This document shows, piece by piece, positions 20,048 through 31,214 of a stretch of DNA of 64,000 nt. The translations under genes were made by a program, and so were the position numbers. Every line of letters begins with the position of its first letter. Within the stretch, counting starts at the first letter, position 1. Origin of the DNA: an uncultured Ectothiorhodospiraceae bacterium (GTDB taxonomy: Bacteria > Pseudomonadota > Gammaproteobacteria > UBA9214); contig CAMYMI010000007.1 in assembly GCA_947259415.1 (NCBI GenBank), forward strand, positions 35,565 through 99,564. The letters are read 5' to 3'. The notes beneath the pieces are model-generated. The model did not search any database and was not told where the DNA came from. It saw only the letters and a program-made list of their open reading frames with translations.

Positions 20048-20509
20048 TCAGGCCGCGTTCTGCTCTTTATCGCTGATTTCACGGATCAGCGGATAGAGCC
20101 TCTCGGTCTCGTCCAGGATCCTCTCCAGGATCAGATGGAACATCATATCGGTATCGCTGAGGAAGTCTTCATGTGAGGAAATTACCAGTTCAGCCCTCTT
20201 TTCAGTTCTGTTATGCGTAGGACACCAGTGCCTGGTGTATTCTGACGTGATCCGCTTGATCTGCTGCGAACCCGACATGAAATTCCTGACCAGTTTCTGG
20301 ATCTCATGGTCATCGTGCGTCAGCAGCTTGCTGATCAGGTTCTTGTCGACCAGGTCGATGTGCTCCTTGACCTTGTCCATGTAGCGGTGGAAAAGCTCAC
20401 AGCAGGCCCCGGTGTCGCACATGGAGCGATCCTTGAGCAGGTATAACAGGATGTTGGAGAGTTCGGTAATTTCGTGATTCTGGGAATGCAATTCTTCGTA
20501 GGTAATCAT
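20048..20509 (-). CDS. hemerythrin-like (HHE cation-binding) domain protein, low-GC
   Basis: Repeated H...HxxxE spacing (HSQNHEITE, HRYMDKVKEH, HDDHEIQ, SHED) plus a CDTGACCE cysteine cluster; about 50% GC versus about 62% elsewhere; own terminator. Confidence 0.35.
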   Translation of the reverse strand: MITYEELHSQNHEITELSNILLYLLKDRSMCDTGACCELFHRYMDKVKEHIDLVDKNLISKLLTHDDHEIQKLVRNFMSGSQQIKRITSEYTRHWCPTHNRTEKRAELVISSHEDFLSDTDMMFHLILERILDETERLYPLIREISDKEQNAA

Positions 20510-20910
20510 GATGCTCCCTGTTCTAATCTGAGTTAGATTGCGTTTATTTCACTGTATATATATCTGGTTCAGGCTAGGACGAAAAGACGGGCCTGTCAAT
20601 GAATCGAATTATTTAAGCAAATACTAAAATACCAATAATAACACGGCCCTACTACTCGCAGTCAGGAATCTGGGATCCATTATCAAGTCCGTAAACCTCG
20701 TAGAACACCCTATCGCAGTCGCTGTCACGGAAGACATGGTTAAGCATCGGTTATTCCCGCACCAACAGACGCCCATGCAGCGCCTGGCTGCGTAAGCCAG
20801 GAGCGTCCGGTCCGGAAAGACCCCGCGTTACAGCGGATTGCACAGCAGTATAATCAAGATACCCACAGGCTGATCGGGGTGTCAGCTGTTCCTGCTACCG
20901 GAGATTGCCA

Positions 20911-21648
20911 ATGAAGGATCCAGCCGCAGTGTCACGCGGCGAAGCGGACGCGGTCTTTCACGTGCGCGGCCTCACCAAGGTCTACCACATGGGCGAGGTC
21001 GACGTGCATGCACTGCGCGGTGTGGACCTGGACCTGTATGGCGGCGAACTGGTGGTGCTGCTGGGTCCGTCCGGTAGCGGCAAGTCCACCCTGCTCAACA
21101 TTCTCGGCGGGCTGGACACCGCCACCCAGGGCGAGGTGCGCTACTGCGACCACGACCTCACCCATGCCGGTGAGGCCGAGCTCACCGAGTACCGCCGCGA
21201 CCATGTCGGCTTCGTTTTCCAGTTCTATAACCTGATCCCCAGCCTGACCGCGCGCGAGAATGTCGCCGCCGTCACCGAGATCGTTGAGCACCCCATGAAG
21301 CCCGAGGACGCATTGAGGCTGGTGCACCTGGACGACCGCATGGATCACTTTCCCGCCCAGATGTCCGGCGGTGAGCAGCAGCGCGTCGCCATCGCCCGCG
21401 CCATCGCCAAGAACCCGGCGGTGTTGCTGTGTGACGAGCCCACCGGGGCGCTGGACTCGCAGACCGGCGTGGTGGTCCTGGAGGCCCTGGAGCGCGCCAA
21501 CCACGAACTGGGCACCACCACCGTGTTGATCACACACAATGCCGGCATCGCCGACATGGCCGACCGGGTAGTGCACATCACCGACGGACACATCGGTTCG
21601 ATCGAGCACAATTCGGAGCGAAAACCGGCCAGTGAACTTAGTTGGTAG
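20911..21648 (+). CDS. ABC transporter ATP-binding protein (YbbA/MacB-type ATPase)
   Basis: Walker [10 protein letters not shown], signature [14 protein letters not shown], Walker [12 protein letters not shown]; ATG at 20911 preferred over TTG at 20905. Confidence 0.9.
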   Translation: MKDPAAVSRGEADAVFHVRGLTKVYHMGEVDVHALRGVDLDLYGGELVVLLGPSGSGKSTLLNILGGLDTATQGEVRYCDHDLTHAGEAELTEYRRDHVGFVFQFYNLIPSLTARENVAAVTEIVEHPMKPEDALRLVHLDDRMDHFPAQMSGGEQQRVAIARAIAKNPAVLLCDEPTGALDSQTGVVVLEALERANHELGTTTVLITHNAGIADMADRVVHITDGHIGSIEHNSERKPASELSW

Positions 21649-21654
21649 CAACGC

Positions 21655-24018
21655 GTGCGCGCCCTGAATAAAAAACTCTGGCGCGACCTCTGGGGCATGC
21701 GCGCCATGGTGCTGGCCATCGCCCTGGTGCAGGTCGGCGGTATCGGCACCTTCGTGATGTCACTGACTACCTATGACTCGCTGGTACTGACGCGTGACAA
21801 CTACTACCGGGAACAGCGTTTCGCCGAGGTCTTCGCCTCCCTGAAGCGGGCACCGAACAGCGTGACTGAACGCATCCGCGACATCCCCGGTGTCGAGCTG
21901 GTCCAGACCCGTGTGGTGGCACCGGTACGCCTGACCGTGACCGGCTTCAGCGATCCGGTTACGGGCACCCTGGTGTCGATCCCGGATACCCACCCGCCCC
22001 TGCTCAACGCACTGCACCTGCGTCGTGGCCGGATGCCCGAGGCCGGACGCGCTGACGAGGTAGTGATCAACGAGACCTTTGCCGATGCCCATGCGCTGGA
22101 GCCCGGTGATCAACTCACCGCGACCATCAATGGCCGGCGCAAGTCGCTCACTATCGCGGGCATAGCCCTGTCACCCGAGTATATTTACGCGGTGGCTGCC
22201 GGCGCCGTATTCCCTGACTACGAGCGCTACGGAGTGCTGTGGATGGGACGGACGCCACTGGCAGCCGCCTACGACATGGAGGGTGGCTTCAATGATGTCG
22301 CCCTCACGCTGGCATCGGGTGTAATCCCCGAGGAGGTCATCCAGCGACTGGACCTGCTGCTGGCGCGCTACGGCTGCCACGGGGCCTACAAGCGCAAGGA
22401 CCAGATCTCCCACCGCTTCCTGAGCGAGGAACTCCATGGCCTCGAGATCATGGCACTGGTCTTCCCGGTGATCTTCCTCGGCGTGGCGGCCTTCTTGCTG
22501 AACGTGGTTATCAGCAGGCTGATCGACACCCAGCGCGAGCAGATCGCGATCCTCAAGGCCTTCGGCTACAGTAACCGGGATGTCGGCCTGCACTATGCTG
22601 CCCTGGTGCTGCTGATCGTTTTTCTGGGGCTGGCCGGCGGCATCGCCGCGGGCATCTGGATGGGCAGGGGACTCAGTGGTATCTATACGGAGTTCTACAA
22701 TTTCCCGTTCCTGCACTACGTCCTGGAACCCTGGGTAATTGCCCTCGCCGCCCTGGTGAGCGTCGTGGCGGGGCTGGCCGGCACCCTGTACGCGGTGAGT
22801 CGTGCCGTACGCCTGCCCCCCGCCGAGGCCATGCGCCCGGAATCCCCCACCGCCTACCGTCCTACCCTGATCGAGCGGCTCGGTATGCAGCGCTGGTTTT
22901 CCCAACCAACCCGCATGATCGCGCGCCATATCGAGCGGCGCCCGTTCAAGTCGCTGCTGACGGTGGCCGGCATCGCCGCCGCCTGCGGTGTCATTATGGT
23001 GTCCAATTTCCAGGAGGACGCCATCCATTACATGATCGATGTGCAATATGCCATGAGCGAAAGCCAGGACCTGTCGGTGATCTTCACCGAACCGAGTTCC
23101 CATCATGCCCTGTACTCGCTGGCCGGGCTCGAGGGTGTCGAACATGTTGAGGGGGTACGCACGGTTCCGGCACGCCTGCGCTTCGAGCAGCGCAGTTATC
23201 TGGGTTCACTGCAGGGACTGGAACCCGATGGCCAGCTGCGCAGGCTGCTGGATGCACAGCTGCAACAGGTCAACCTGCCGCCCGAGGGTGTATTGCTGAC
23301 GGATTACCTGGCCGAACTGCTTGGTATAAAGCCGGGGGAACTGCTTACCGTGGAGGTCCTCGAAGGCAACCGTGCTGTGTTGCAGATACCGGTGACTGGG
23401 CTGACCAATGAATACCTCGGCGTGTCGGCCTACCTGCAGCGCACTACCCTCAACCGCCTGCTGCGCGAGGACAGCGCGGTCACAGGCGCCTACCTGGCCG
23501 TGGATAATGCCTACCATGACCGGGTCTATACGAATCTGGACGAAATGCCGCGCGTCGCGGGAACCGTGGTGCGCGAGAGCGCCATCAAGAGCTTCTACCG
23601 GACCATGGAAGAGACCATCCTGTTCTTCACCTTCGTCACGGCGCTGCTGGGCGGGGTTATCGCCTTCGGCATGGTCTACAACAGTGCACGAATCGCTCTC
23701 TCGGAGCGGGACCGTGAACTGGCCAGCCTGCGGGTGCTAGGCTTCACCCAGGGCGAAATCGCCTACATTCTGCTGGGCGAACTGGCGGTACTCACACTGG
23801 CCGCCCTGCCACTGGGGTTCCTGTTCGGACAGGGGCTGTGCGCCTACCTGTCACACGAAATCCGCTCTGACCTGTACCGGGTACCGCTGGTGCTGGAAGT
23901 CGATACCTTTGCCTTCGCCTCCAGCGTGGTACTGGCCTCGTCGGTGGTGTCAGGCCTGATGATGTGGCACAAGCTGAAACGCCTGGACCTGATCGGCGTG
24001 CTCAAGACACGGGAATAG
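21655..24018 (+). CDS. ABC transporter permease with two FtsX modules (YbbP-like, 787 aa)
   Basis: Duplicated FtsX-type 4-TM bundles each preceded by a large periplasmic domain. Confidence 0.85.
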   Translation: MRALNKKLWRDLWGMRAMVLAIALVQVGGIGTFVMSLTTYDSLVLTRDNYYREQRFAEVFASLKRAPNSVTERIRDIPGVELVQTRVVAPVRLTVTGFSDPVTGTLVSIPDTHPPLLNALHLRRGRMPEAGRADEVVINETFADAHALEPGDQLTATINGRRKSLTIAGIALSPEYIYAVAAGAVFPDYERYGVLWMGRTPLAAAYDMEGGFNDVALTLASGVIPEEVIQRLDLLLARYGCHGAYKRKDQISHRFLSEELHGLEIMALVFPVIFLGVAAFLLNVVISRLIDTQREQIAILKAFGYSNRDVGLHYAALVLLIVFLGLAGGIAAGIWMGRGLSGIYTEFYNFPFLHYVLEPWVIALAALVSVVAGLAGTLYAVSRAVRLPPAEAMRPESPTAYRPTLIERLGMQRWFSQPTRMIARHIERRPFKSLLTVAGIAAACGVIMVSNFQEDAIHYMIDVQYAMSESQDLSVIFTEPSSHHALYSLAGLEGVEHVEGVRTVPARLRFEQRSYLGSLQGLEPDGQLRRLLDAQLQQVNLPPEGVLLTDYLAELLGIKPGELLTVEVLEGNRAVLQIPVTGLTNEYLGVSAYLQRTTLNRLLREDSAVTGAYLAVDNAYHDRVYTNLDEMPRVAGTVVRESAIKSFYRTMEETILFFTFVTALLGGVIAFGMVYNSARIALSERDRELASLRVLGFTQGEIAYILLGELAVLTLAALPLGFLFGQGLCAYLSHEIRSDLYRVPLVLEVDTFAFASSVVLASSVVSGLMMWHKLKRLDLIGVLKTRE

Positions 24019-24092
24019 ACCGTGGAGAATTTATTCAGTTAAACTGGAACTTATAAAGAAAACATGAACTGCCTTATCAGGAAAAAATCGCT

Positions 24093-25298
24093 ATGAGCCG
24101 GTCAAGGAACCTGGGCCTGAGTATTACTGCAATCGCTGTTCTGGCCGCACTGGCTTGGGGTTTCCGGCCGCGTCCGGTGCCGGTGGAAGCGGGTGCATTG
24201 GAACGTGGCCCGTTGTCCGTGGTAGTCGAGGAGGAAGGCCACACCCGCGTGAAGGACCGTTACGTGATCTCCGCACCGGTGGCCGGCTACCTGCAGCGTA
24301 TCGAACTGGACGTCGGGGACAGCGTGACCCAGGGACAGACCCTGGCGCTGCTGGAACCACTGCGCCCCGAGGTACTGGACCCGCGCAGCCAGGCCCGCGC
24401 CGAGGCCCAGGTCGCCGCGGCCGAGGCGGCGCTCAAGGGCGCCGAGGAGACAGTCACCGCCGCACGCGCCGAGGCCAGGTATGCCCGCGCCGAATATACA
24501 CGTAAAAAGAAGCTGCGTGCGGATGCCCTGATCTCGCAGGAGGCGCTGGACCAGGCTGACACCCGTAACCGCCAGGCCAGTGCCGCACTGCGTTCGGCCG
24601 AATTTTCCGTGGATGTCGCGCGCTTCGAGCTGGAGGCGGCGCGCACCTCCCTGAGCTACTCACTGGCCGAAAACGGGGAGACGTCACTGCCAGTGGTCAA
24701 GCTGAAGGCGCCTGCCGCCAGCCGGGTGCTGCGAGTCGATCACGAAAGCGAGGGTGTCGTCAACACAGCACAGCCCCTGCTCGAGATCGGCGATCCCTCC
24801 GCCCTGGAGATCGCGGTGGATGTCTTGTCGGCCGATGCCGTGCGGATACGACCCGGGAGCCGGGTGGAATTTCATCGCTGGGGCGGTGAACAGCTCCTGG
24901 AAGGCGTGGTACGGACGGTCGAACCCGTTGGCTTCACCAAGATCTCCGCACTCGGTGTCGAGGAGCAACGGGTCTGGGTGATCGCTGACCTGACCTCGCC
25001 GCGGGAAGCGTGGCTGACGCTGGGTGACGGTTACCGGGTCGAGGCGCACTTCATCCTCTGGGAGGCCGAGGATGTCCTGAAACTCCCCGCCAATGCCCTG
25101 TTCCGGCATGCCGGCGGCTGGGCGGTCTTCAGCGTTGAGAACGGGCGTGCCCAGCTTCGTGAAATCGAAACCGGGCAGCGCACGGGGCTTGTTGCCGAGG
25201 TCCTCGCGGGACTCGACGCAGGGGCCCGGGTCATCCTGCACCCCGATGATCGTATCAAGGACGGGGTGCGGGTCGAGGTGCAGCAGACGGGCCAGTGA
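24093..25298 (+). CDS. HlyD/MacA-family periplasmic adaptor subunit
   Basis: N-terminal TM anchor, coiled-coil hairpin (AEAQVAAAEAALKGAEE...), lipoyl and beta-barrel segments. Confidence 0.85.
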   Translation: MSRSRNLGLSITAIAVLAALAWGFRPRPVPVEAGALERGPLSVVVEEEGHTRVKDRYVISAPVAGYLQRIELDVGDSVTQGQTLALLEPLRPEVLDPRSQARAEAQVAAAEAALKGAEETVTAARAEARYARAEYTRKKKLRADALISQEALDQADTRNRQASAALRSAEFSVDVARFELEAARTSLSYSLAENGETSLPVVKLKAPAASRVLRVDHESEGVVNTAQPLLEIGDPSALEIAVDVLSADAVRIRPGSRVEFHRWGGEQLLEGVVRTVEPVGFTKISALGVEEQRVWVIADLTSPREAWLTLGDGYRVEAHFILWEAEDVLKLPANALFRHAGGWAVFSVENGRAQLREIETGQRTGLVAEVLAGLDAGARVILHPDDRIKDGVRVEVQQTGQ

Positions 25299-25394
25299 AC
25301 CACACCCTGCTTATAAAACATAAAGTTGACACCGATCAATACATTCCAGCCAGAACCGGCTATCCTTATTTATGTAGAAGAGAGAGGATAAAAT

Positions 25395-25772
25395 ATGCAA
25401 ACACCCTTACAGATCATGTTCCATAACATGGAGCCGTCTGACGCCGTAGAAGCTAATATCAAAGAAAAGGCGGCCAAACTCGAACGATTCAGCGACAAGA
25501 TCACCAGCTGCCGGGTCACGGTAGAAGCACCACACAAACACCATCACAAGGGCAACATCTATCACATTGGCCTGGATATTACCGTGCCTGACGCGGAGAT
25601 CGTGGTTAGCCGCATCCCGCATGATAATCATGCCCATGAGGACATCTATGTGGCGATACGTGACGCCTTCAAGAGTGCCCGTCGCCAGCTGGAGGACTAC
25701 GAGCTGAAGCGCCGCGGGAAAACCAAGCATCACCAGATCTACGAGCCGGTCCCCGGCCAGGTCGCTGAGTAA
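25395..25772 (+). CDS. hpf: ribosome hibernation promoting factor / RaiA family (sigma-54 modulation protein fold)
   Basis: MQ...I.F.....S.A....I.EK..KLERF...I.S..V pattern typical of HPF/YfiA; 125 aa with basic C-terminal tail. Confidence 0.75.
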   Translation: MQTPLQIMFHNMEPSDAVEANIKEKAAKLERFSDKITSCRVTVEAPHKHHHKGNIYHIGLDITVPDAEIVVSRIPHDNHAHEDIYVAIRDAFKSARRQLEDYELKRRGKTKHHQIYEPVPGQVAE

Positions 25773-25826
25773 TCAGTAACCACGGGGTGGCGTTTAACGC
25801 CACCCCGTGCAGTCAATCACCTTCCC

Positions 25827-26237
25827 ATGTGGAGGCACTTCCACCACGAGGCCGATATCGGGATTGTTGGCCTGGGTGCTACCCTGGAGCAGGCCTTTGA
25901 GCAAGCCGCCGTTGCCCTGACAGCGGTGATCACCGATCCGGAATCCGTTATCTGCCGCGAGACCGTGGTGCTGGACTGCGAGGCGCCTGATACGGAACTG
26001 CTGCTGGTCGACTGGCTCAATGCACTCGTCTACGAAATGGCCACGCGCCGCATGCTGTTCCGGCGCTTCAACGTTGAACTCAACAACCACAGCCTGCACG
26101 GTACCGCCTGCGGTGAAGCCGTGGATATCCGGCGCCACCAGCCTGCTGCCGAGATCAAGGGCGCCACCTATACGGCACTTAACATCCATGCGGACGCCGG
26201 TGGCATCTGGCATGCTCAATGTGTGGTTGATGTCTAG
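25827..26237 (+). CDS. archease (RtcB activator)
   Basis: [31 protein letters not shown] matches the archease N-terminal signature (HxxHTADIGI...LEEAF). Confidence 0.8.
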   Translation: MWRHFHHEADIGIVGLGATLEQAFEQAAVALTAVITDPESVICRETVVLDCEAPDTELLLVDWLNALVYEMATRRMLFRRFNVELNNHSLHGTACGEAVDIRRHQPAAEIKGATYTALNIHADAGGIWHAQCVVDV

Positions 26238-26373
26238 CCCGAAAAGGGGGTAGCGCCACTGCTGTCCCATTTATTTCAATTGAATCCAGCGCAAGCACCT
26301 CAGCATACTCTCTAAAAGTTGAAATAATAATGGATCAGAGACATGAATGCTGTCCATGACGTTCGGGTAAGAT

Positions 26374-26410
26374 CCCCTCTCCCATGAGTGGGAGTGAGGC
26401 AGGGAGAGGG
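26374..26410. repeat. strong hairpin (9-bp stem ccctctccc/gggagaggg, 18-nt loop) in the archease-rtcB spacer
   Basis: Seen directly; part of a 516-bp non-coding, structured spacer. Confidence 0.5.
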
Positions 26411-26439
26411 TTGATAAATCATGCTGTTAAGAAACTTCG

Positions 26440-26596
26440 TTTCTCACCCCTCATCCTCGGTAACTGCTCCCTGCGTCGCCTAGAGCGCCTACTGTTGGTG
26501 CTCTACCTCCTGCATGGCCCAGGCCAGCCTCTCGACCGGTTCCCGGTCTCACCTTCTCCCTGCAGTCGTAACCTTCTCCCCTTGAAGGGGAGAAGG
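26440..26596. repeat. dispersed repeat, copy B (plus terminal perfect hairpin ccttctcccc-ttgaa-ggggagaagg)
   Basis: Core at 26455-26512 is near-identical to copy A; a 42-nt segment is inserted relative to copy A; ends with a 10-bp perfect hairpin at 26572-26596. Confidence 0.5.
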
Positions 26597-26753
26597 AATT
26601 AACGATACAGCAGTGTGTCAGCACCATTTTCTTGTTTCGATATGGATGCTGCGAGCGAGGCACGAGAAAAGGGCATCGATACCTTTATTCGATGTGCGGG
26701 CTAAACTTAGAACAGGACATGTTTAATTCTGCAGCTATGCGCGGGCACCACCC

Positions 26754-28184
26754 ATGGACACCGCACAACTGACCCGCACCTCGGATTACGAGTGGCGTAT
26801 CGAACCGCAGGGTGCCATGCAGGTACCGGGGATCATATTTGCCAGCGAGGACCTGGTGAGGGCCATGGACGACAAGGTTCGCGAACAGGTCTGCAACGTG
26901 GCCACCCTGCCCGGCATCGTCAAGGCCTCCTACGCCATGCCGGATGCCCACTGGGGCTATGGCTTTCCCATCGGCGGGGTGGCTGCCTTTGATGCCGACC
27001 AGGGCGGAGTCGTTTCCGCCGGGGGTGTCGGTTTCGATATTTCCTGCGGCGTACGCACCCTGCACACCGGCCTGAAACGGCCTGATATCGACGCGGTCAG
27101 GGAACGTCTGGCTGACGCCCTGTTCCATACCATCCCGGCGGGTGTCGGCAGCACCGGGCGCATCCACCTGGACGAGGCCGGCATGGACGCCATGCTGAAC
27201 GGCGGTGCCCGCTGGGCGGTAAAGCGCGGCTGGGGTTACCGCGAAGACCTGGAGCGTGTCGAGGAACACGGCTGCATGGATGGCGCCCGGGCGGAGAACG
27301 TCTCCGAGCGCGCCCGCAAACGCCAGCGTAACGAAATGGGCACCCTGGGTTCCGGCAACCACTACCTCGAGTTGCAGGAGGTCTGCGAGGTCTTTGATCC
27401 CGAGGCGGCCAGCGTCTTCGGTATCAGCCCGGGCGATGTCGTAGTCAGCATCCATTGCGGCTCGCGCGGACTGGGCCATCAGATCGGGACGGAGTTCCTG
27501 AAATCGATGGTGATCAAGGCACAGCAGTACGGCATCACCCTGCCGGACCGCGAACTCGCCTGTGCCCCGATTGACTCGGATACCGGTCAGGCCTATCTCG
27601 GCGCCATGCGCGCGGCCATCAACTGTGCCCTTGCCAACCGCCAGATAATCACCCACCTCACCCGCGAGGTATTCGAGCGGATCATCCCGGCGGCCACGCT
27701 GGAACTGCTCTACGACGTGTCACATAACACCTGCAAGGTGGAGGAGCATGTCATAGACGGCAACCCGCAACGCCTGTATGTCCATCGCAAGGGTGCGACG
27801 CGCGCCTTCGGACCCGGTCACCCCGATATCCCGGAGGACCTGCGCTCCATAGGCCAGCCAGTGCTGATCGGGGGCTCCATGGGGACCGCCTCGCACATCC
27901 TGGCCGGCACCCGACAGGGCGAGGCCCTGTCGTATTCATCGGCCTGTCATGGCGCCGGTCGTGCCATGAGCCGGCGCCGGGCCTACAAGCTCTGGAAGGG
28001 TCGCCAGCTGGTCGACAGCCTGCAGGAGCAAGGCATTCTGATTCGCAGTCCGTCCTCGCGCGGCGTGGCCGAGGAGGCACCGGGAGCCTACAAGGACGTC
28101 GACGCGGTGGTCGATGCCGCCGACGCGGCGGGCCTGGCGCGCAAGGTGGCGAAGCTGAAGCCACTGGCCTGCATCAAGGGCTAG
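26754..28184 (+). CDS. rtcB: RNA-splicing ligase RtcB (3'-phosphate/5'-OH RNA ligase)
   Basis: 476 aa, metal-binding His/Cys (MPDAHWGYGFPIGG, SSACHGAGR), archaeal/eukaryote-like RtcB type. Confidence 0.95.
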   Translation: MDTAQLTRTSDYEWRIEPQGAMQVPGIIFASEDLVRAMDDKVREQVCNVATLPGIVKASYAMPDAHWGYGFPIGGVAAFDADQGGVVSAGGVGFDISCGVRTLHTGLKRPDIDAVRERLADALFHTIPAGVGSTGRIHLDEAGMDAMLNGGARWAVKRGWGYREDLERVEEHGCMDGARAENVSERARKRQRNEMGTLGSGNHYLELQEVCEVFDPEAASVFGISPGDVVVSIHCGSRGLGHQIGTEFLKSMVIKAQQYGITLPDRELACAPIDSDTGQAYLGAMRAAINCALANRQIITHLTREVFERIIPAATLELLYDVSHNTCKVEEHVIDGNPQRLYVHRKGATRAFGPGHPDIPEDLRSIGQPVLIGGSMGTASHILAGTRQGEALSYSSACHGAGRAMSRRRAYKLWKGRQLVDSLQEQGILIRSPSSRGVAEEAPGAYKDVDAVVDAADAAGLARKVAKLKPLACIKG

Positions 28185-28188
28185 GCCG

Positions 28189-28989
28189 ATGCCAGCACAG
28201 CGCGGGCAGCTGTATATCGGGACTTCCGGCTGGTCCTATGACCACTGGAAAGGCCGCTACTACCCCAACGACCTGGCCAGCAGCGGGTGGTTGGGCTATT
28301 ACGCCCGGGAGTTCAACAGCGTCGAGATCAACAGCTCCTTCTATCGTCTGCCCACTGCTTCCACGTTGCAGCACTGGCAGGACGCCACGCCCGCCGACTT
28401 TGTATTTACCGCCAAGGCGAGCCGATACATCACACACATGAAGAAACTGAAAGGGTCGCGGCAAACCCTGCCCCCCTTCCTCGAACGAATCAGTCTTCTC
28501 GGCGACAGGCTGGGCCCCATCCTGTTTCAGCTGCCGCCACACTGGCGCTTCAATGCTGAACGCCTCGCCGCTCTGCTTGATGACCTAGGCGGCGCCTGCC
28601 GTTGCGCCTTCGAATTCCGTGACCACAGCTGGTTCAATGAACAGTGTTATGAACTCCTGTCACGGCACGGCGCCGCGCTGTGTCTCTATGAACTGGAGGG
28701 CTTTCTCAGCCCGCAGGAAATGACTGCCGATTTCGTCTATGTGCGTCTGCATGGGCCTGGGGCGGCCTACCAGGGCAGTTATGGCGACAAGGCACTGGTC
28801 GCTTGGGCGGAGGCCTGCACCCGCTGGACGACCAGTGGGCGCGAGGTTTACATTTATTTTGACAACGACGAATACGCGTATGCGGTACAAAATGCCGCAA
28901 GCCTGCAGGCCATGATTCAGGAGCCCTGCCATGCCGGTTCACAATGCCGAGATCGCCGAACTGTTCAATCGACTCGCCGACCTGCTTGA
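28189..28989 (+). CDS. DUF72 (YecE/UPF0759) family protein
   Basis: YIGTSGWSYDHWKGRYYP N-terminus diagnostic of DUF72; starts 4 nt after rtcB; 3' end overlaps polX by 59 nt. Confidence 0.8.
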   Translation: MPAQRGQLYIGTSGWSYDHWKGRYYPNDLASSGWLGYYAREFNSVEINSSFYRLPTASTLQHWQDATPADFVFTAKASRYITHMKKLKGSRQTLPPFLERISLLGDRLGPILFQLPPHWRFNAERLAALLDDLGGACRCAFEFRDHSWFNEQCYELLSRHGAALCLYELEGFLSPQEMTADFVYVRLHGPGAAYQGSYGDKALVAWAEACTRWTTSGREVYIYFDNDEYAYAVQNAASLQAMIQEPCHAGSQCRDRRTVQSTRRPA

Positions 28990-30652
28990 GCTTGAGGACG
29001 CCAATCCCTTCCGGGTACGCGCCTACCGAACGGCGGCGCGCAATATCAACGGCCTGTCGCACAGCCTGGTTGACCTGCTGGCTGCTGGCGAGGACCTGTC
29101 GAAACTGTCGGGCATCGGCAAGGACCTGGCGGGGAAGATCCGTACCATCATCGAGACCGGCAAGCTGCCACTGCTGGAACAGGTGCAGGCACGCACCCCC
29201 GCCGAGCTCAGCGACCTGATGAAGATCGACGGACTCGGCCCAAAACGGGTGAAGACACTGCACCAGCAGCTGCATATCAGCAGCTTCGAAGACCTGCAGC
29301 GAGCGGCGCGTAGCGGCAAGATCCGCGCACTGGCGGGCTTCGGCGCAAAGACCGAGGCACTCATCCTGGAACGCCTGACACGTTCCCGGCAAGCAGATAT
29401 CCGCTCCCGCCTGGCAGATGCGGAGGATATCGCCGGCCCGCTGGTCAATTATCTGCTGGACTGCACCGGGGTCAAACAGGTCAATATCGCCGGCAGCTAC
29501 CGGCGCCGCCGCGAGACCGTCGGCGACCTGGATATCCTGGTGACAGCGAAACAGGGCACCCCGGTAACCGACCACTTTGTCGCCTATGACGAGGTGAGCG
29601 AGGTGATTTCACACGGCAAGACCCGGTCCACCGTGCACCTGCGTTCCGGCATGCAGGTCGACCTGCGCGTAGTTGCCCAGGTGAGTTATGGTGCCGCCCT
29701 TCTGTATTTCACCGGATCCAAGGCACACAACATCGCCTTGCGCAAGCTGGCCATCAGGCAGGGATACAAGCTCAACGAGTACGGCCTGTTCAGGGGCGAC
29801 AAGCGCGTTGCAGGACGCACGGAGGCGGCCGTGTATGCAAAACTGGGCCTGTCCTATATCGAGCCTGAACTGCGCGAGCAGCAAGGCGAGATAGAGGCAG
29901 CCCGCAAGGGCACTTTGCCTGAACTTGTCAGCCGCGAGGACATCCGTGGTGACCTGCACTGCCATACCCGGGCCACCGATGGCCACGACAGCCTGGAGGC
30001 CATGGTGGCTGCCGCCCGCAAGCTGGGTTATGAATACCTCGCCATCACGGACCATTCAAAACGGGTCAGCGTCGCCCACGGGCTCGATCACAAGCGCCTG
30101 CTGGAGGAGGCCCGGCGAATCAACAAACTCAACGAACAGCTGGATGATATCGTGGTACTCAAGTCCATCGAGGTCGACATCCTCGAGGACGGCAGCCTGG
30201 ACCTGCCCGACAGCGTACTCGGCCAGCTGGACCTGGTGGTCGGTGCGATCCACTACAAGTTTAATCTCACGCGCAAACAGCAGACCGAGCGCATCATCCG
30301 CGCCATGGACAACCCGCACTTCAATATCCTGGCACACCCCAGTGGACGGCTGCTCAACCAGCGCCCGCCCTACGATATCGATATGGAAAAGATCATGCAG
30401 GCCGCTGTGGAGCGCGGCTGCTTCCTGGAACTGAACGCCCAGCCCGCGCGCCTAGACCTCACCGATGGCGACTGCATGCTGGCCCGCGAGTTGCGACTCA
30501 AGGTGGTGATTTCAACCGATGCACACAGTACCGGCACCCTCGACTATATGCGTTTCGGAATAAGCCAGGCACGGCGCGGCTGGCTGGAACCTGACGACGT
30601 GGTCAACACGTGCGGACTGGATGAATTGAGAAAATTACTCAAACGCAACTGA
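28931..30652 (+). CDS. polX: DNA polymerase X family protein with C-terminal PHP phosphoesterase domain
   Basis: Pol-beta-like N-terminus ([17 protein letters not shown], Hh[18 protein letters not shown] catalytic Asp) plus PHP motifs (HCHT, DH, HP). Confidence 0.9.
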   Translation: MPVHNAEIAELFNRLADLLELEDANPFRVRAYRTAARNINGLSHSLVDLLAAGEDLSKLSGIGKDLAGKIRTIIETGKLPLLEQVQARTPAELSDLMKIDGLGPKRVKTLHQQLHISSFEDLQRAARSGKIRALAGFGAKTEALILERLTRSRQADIRSRLADAEDIAGPLVNYLLDCTGVKQVNIAGSYRRRRETVGDLDILVTAKQGTPVTDHFVAYDEVSEVISHGKTRSTVHLRSGMQVDLRVVAQVSYGAALLYFTGSKAHNIALRKLAIRQGYKLNEYGLFRGDKRVAGRTEAAVYAKLGLSYIEPELREQQGEIEAARKGTLPELVSREDIRGDLHCHTRATDGHDSLEAMVAAARKLGYEYLAITDHSKRVSVAHGLDHKRLLEEARRINKLNEQLDDIVVLKSIEVDILEDGSLDLPDSVLGQLDLVVGAIHYKFNLTRKQQTERIIRAMDNPHFNILAHPSGRLLNQRPPYDIDMEKIMQAAVERGCFLELNAQPARLDLTDGDCMLARELRLKVVISTDAHSTGTLDYMRFGISQARRGWLEPDDVVNTCGLDELRKLLKRN

Positions 30653-30725
30653 GGAGCGCTTGCCACGACAACATCTGCGCTGCTCAGCAGCGTCACGGAG
30701 AGCGACACAGGGCAGCATTGGCCAG

Positions 30726-30966
30726 TCAAATACTCTGGCGACAACTGCCTTCGCGAATCCACACACCACGCTCTTCACACCGCAGCATCTCGTCACCGCT
30801 GCAAACATAGTCGCCGATCGCGTAGGCGATATTGTTGAAATGACAGACCCCGGATTCCAGCTCCAGGTCCAGCGACAGCTCATCGGCATCGGTGTCGTCG
30901 AAAATGGGCGAATTCTTCAACTCCGGATCCGGCGCGCCTACCTTCGGTAACTGCCTGACTTCAGTC
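30726..30966 (-). CDS. small hypothetical protein with conserved Cys pattern (C-x15-C...LRC...SC)
   Basis: ORF only; start taken at the internal Met of the ORF 30726..31028; family not recognised. Confidence 0.35.
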
Positions 30967-31214
30967 ATCACCTTTCTCCTCATGGTGTCATTCCCTGTCT
31001 TCTGGATCTGCGCCAGCACACAGGACAACTCTAAATCTTTTTAACTCTTAATGTTAAGTATAGAAGCTGCTGCCGAACCGGACATCGCCCCTGTCAACAA
31101 GCCCCATCTGGTGCGCCCACCATGCTTGTAATGGTCTAGTATTAATGTAGGACTGCCTGAAAGCAGGGACCTGATAATCATCATTTTAATTGCTGATCAT
31201 ATTCGGGAGGCACC

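Noticed and set aside
22171-23145. Long antisense or overlapping ORFs (e.g. 22171-23145, 28706-29575, 34962-36065, 43194-44099, 58376-59080, 51016-51705)
   Set aside because: They lie wholly inside well-supported genes on the opposite strand or another frame, have low-complexity Arg/Ala/Gly-rich translations typical of high-GC DNA, and lack recognisable motifs
25333-25360. TTGACA -35-like hexamer upstream of hpf
   Set aside because: No acceptable -10 at 16-18 bp spacing, so the promoter call is not supportable from sequence alone
26238-26753. Y-RNA (YrlA-like) in the archease-rtcB spacer
   Set aside because: A partial ggtagagcacc D-arm-like string on the minus strand suggested a tRNA-like module, but no Ro60/Rsr (TROVE) gene is nearby and no full cloverleaf could be built. 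Kept only as a structured spacer.
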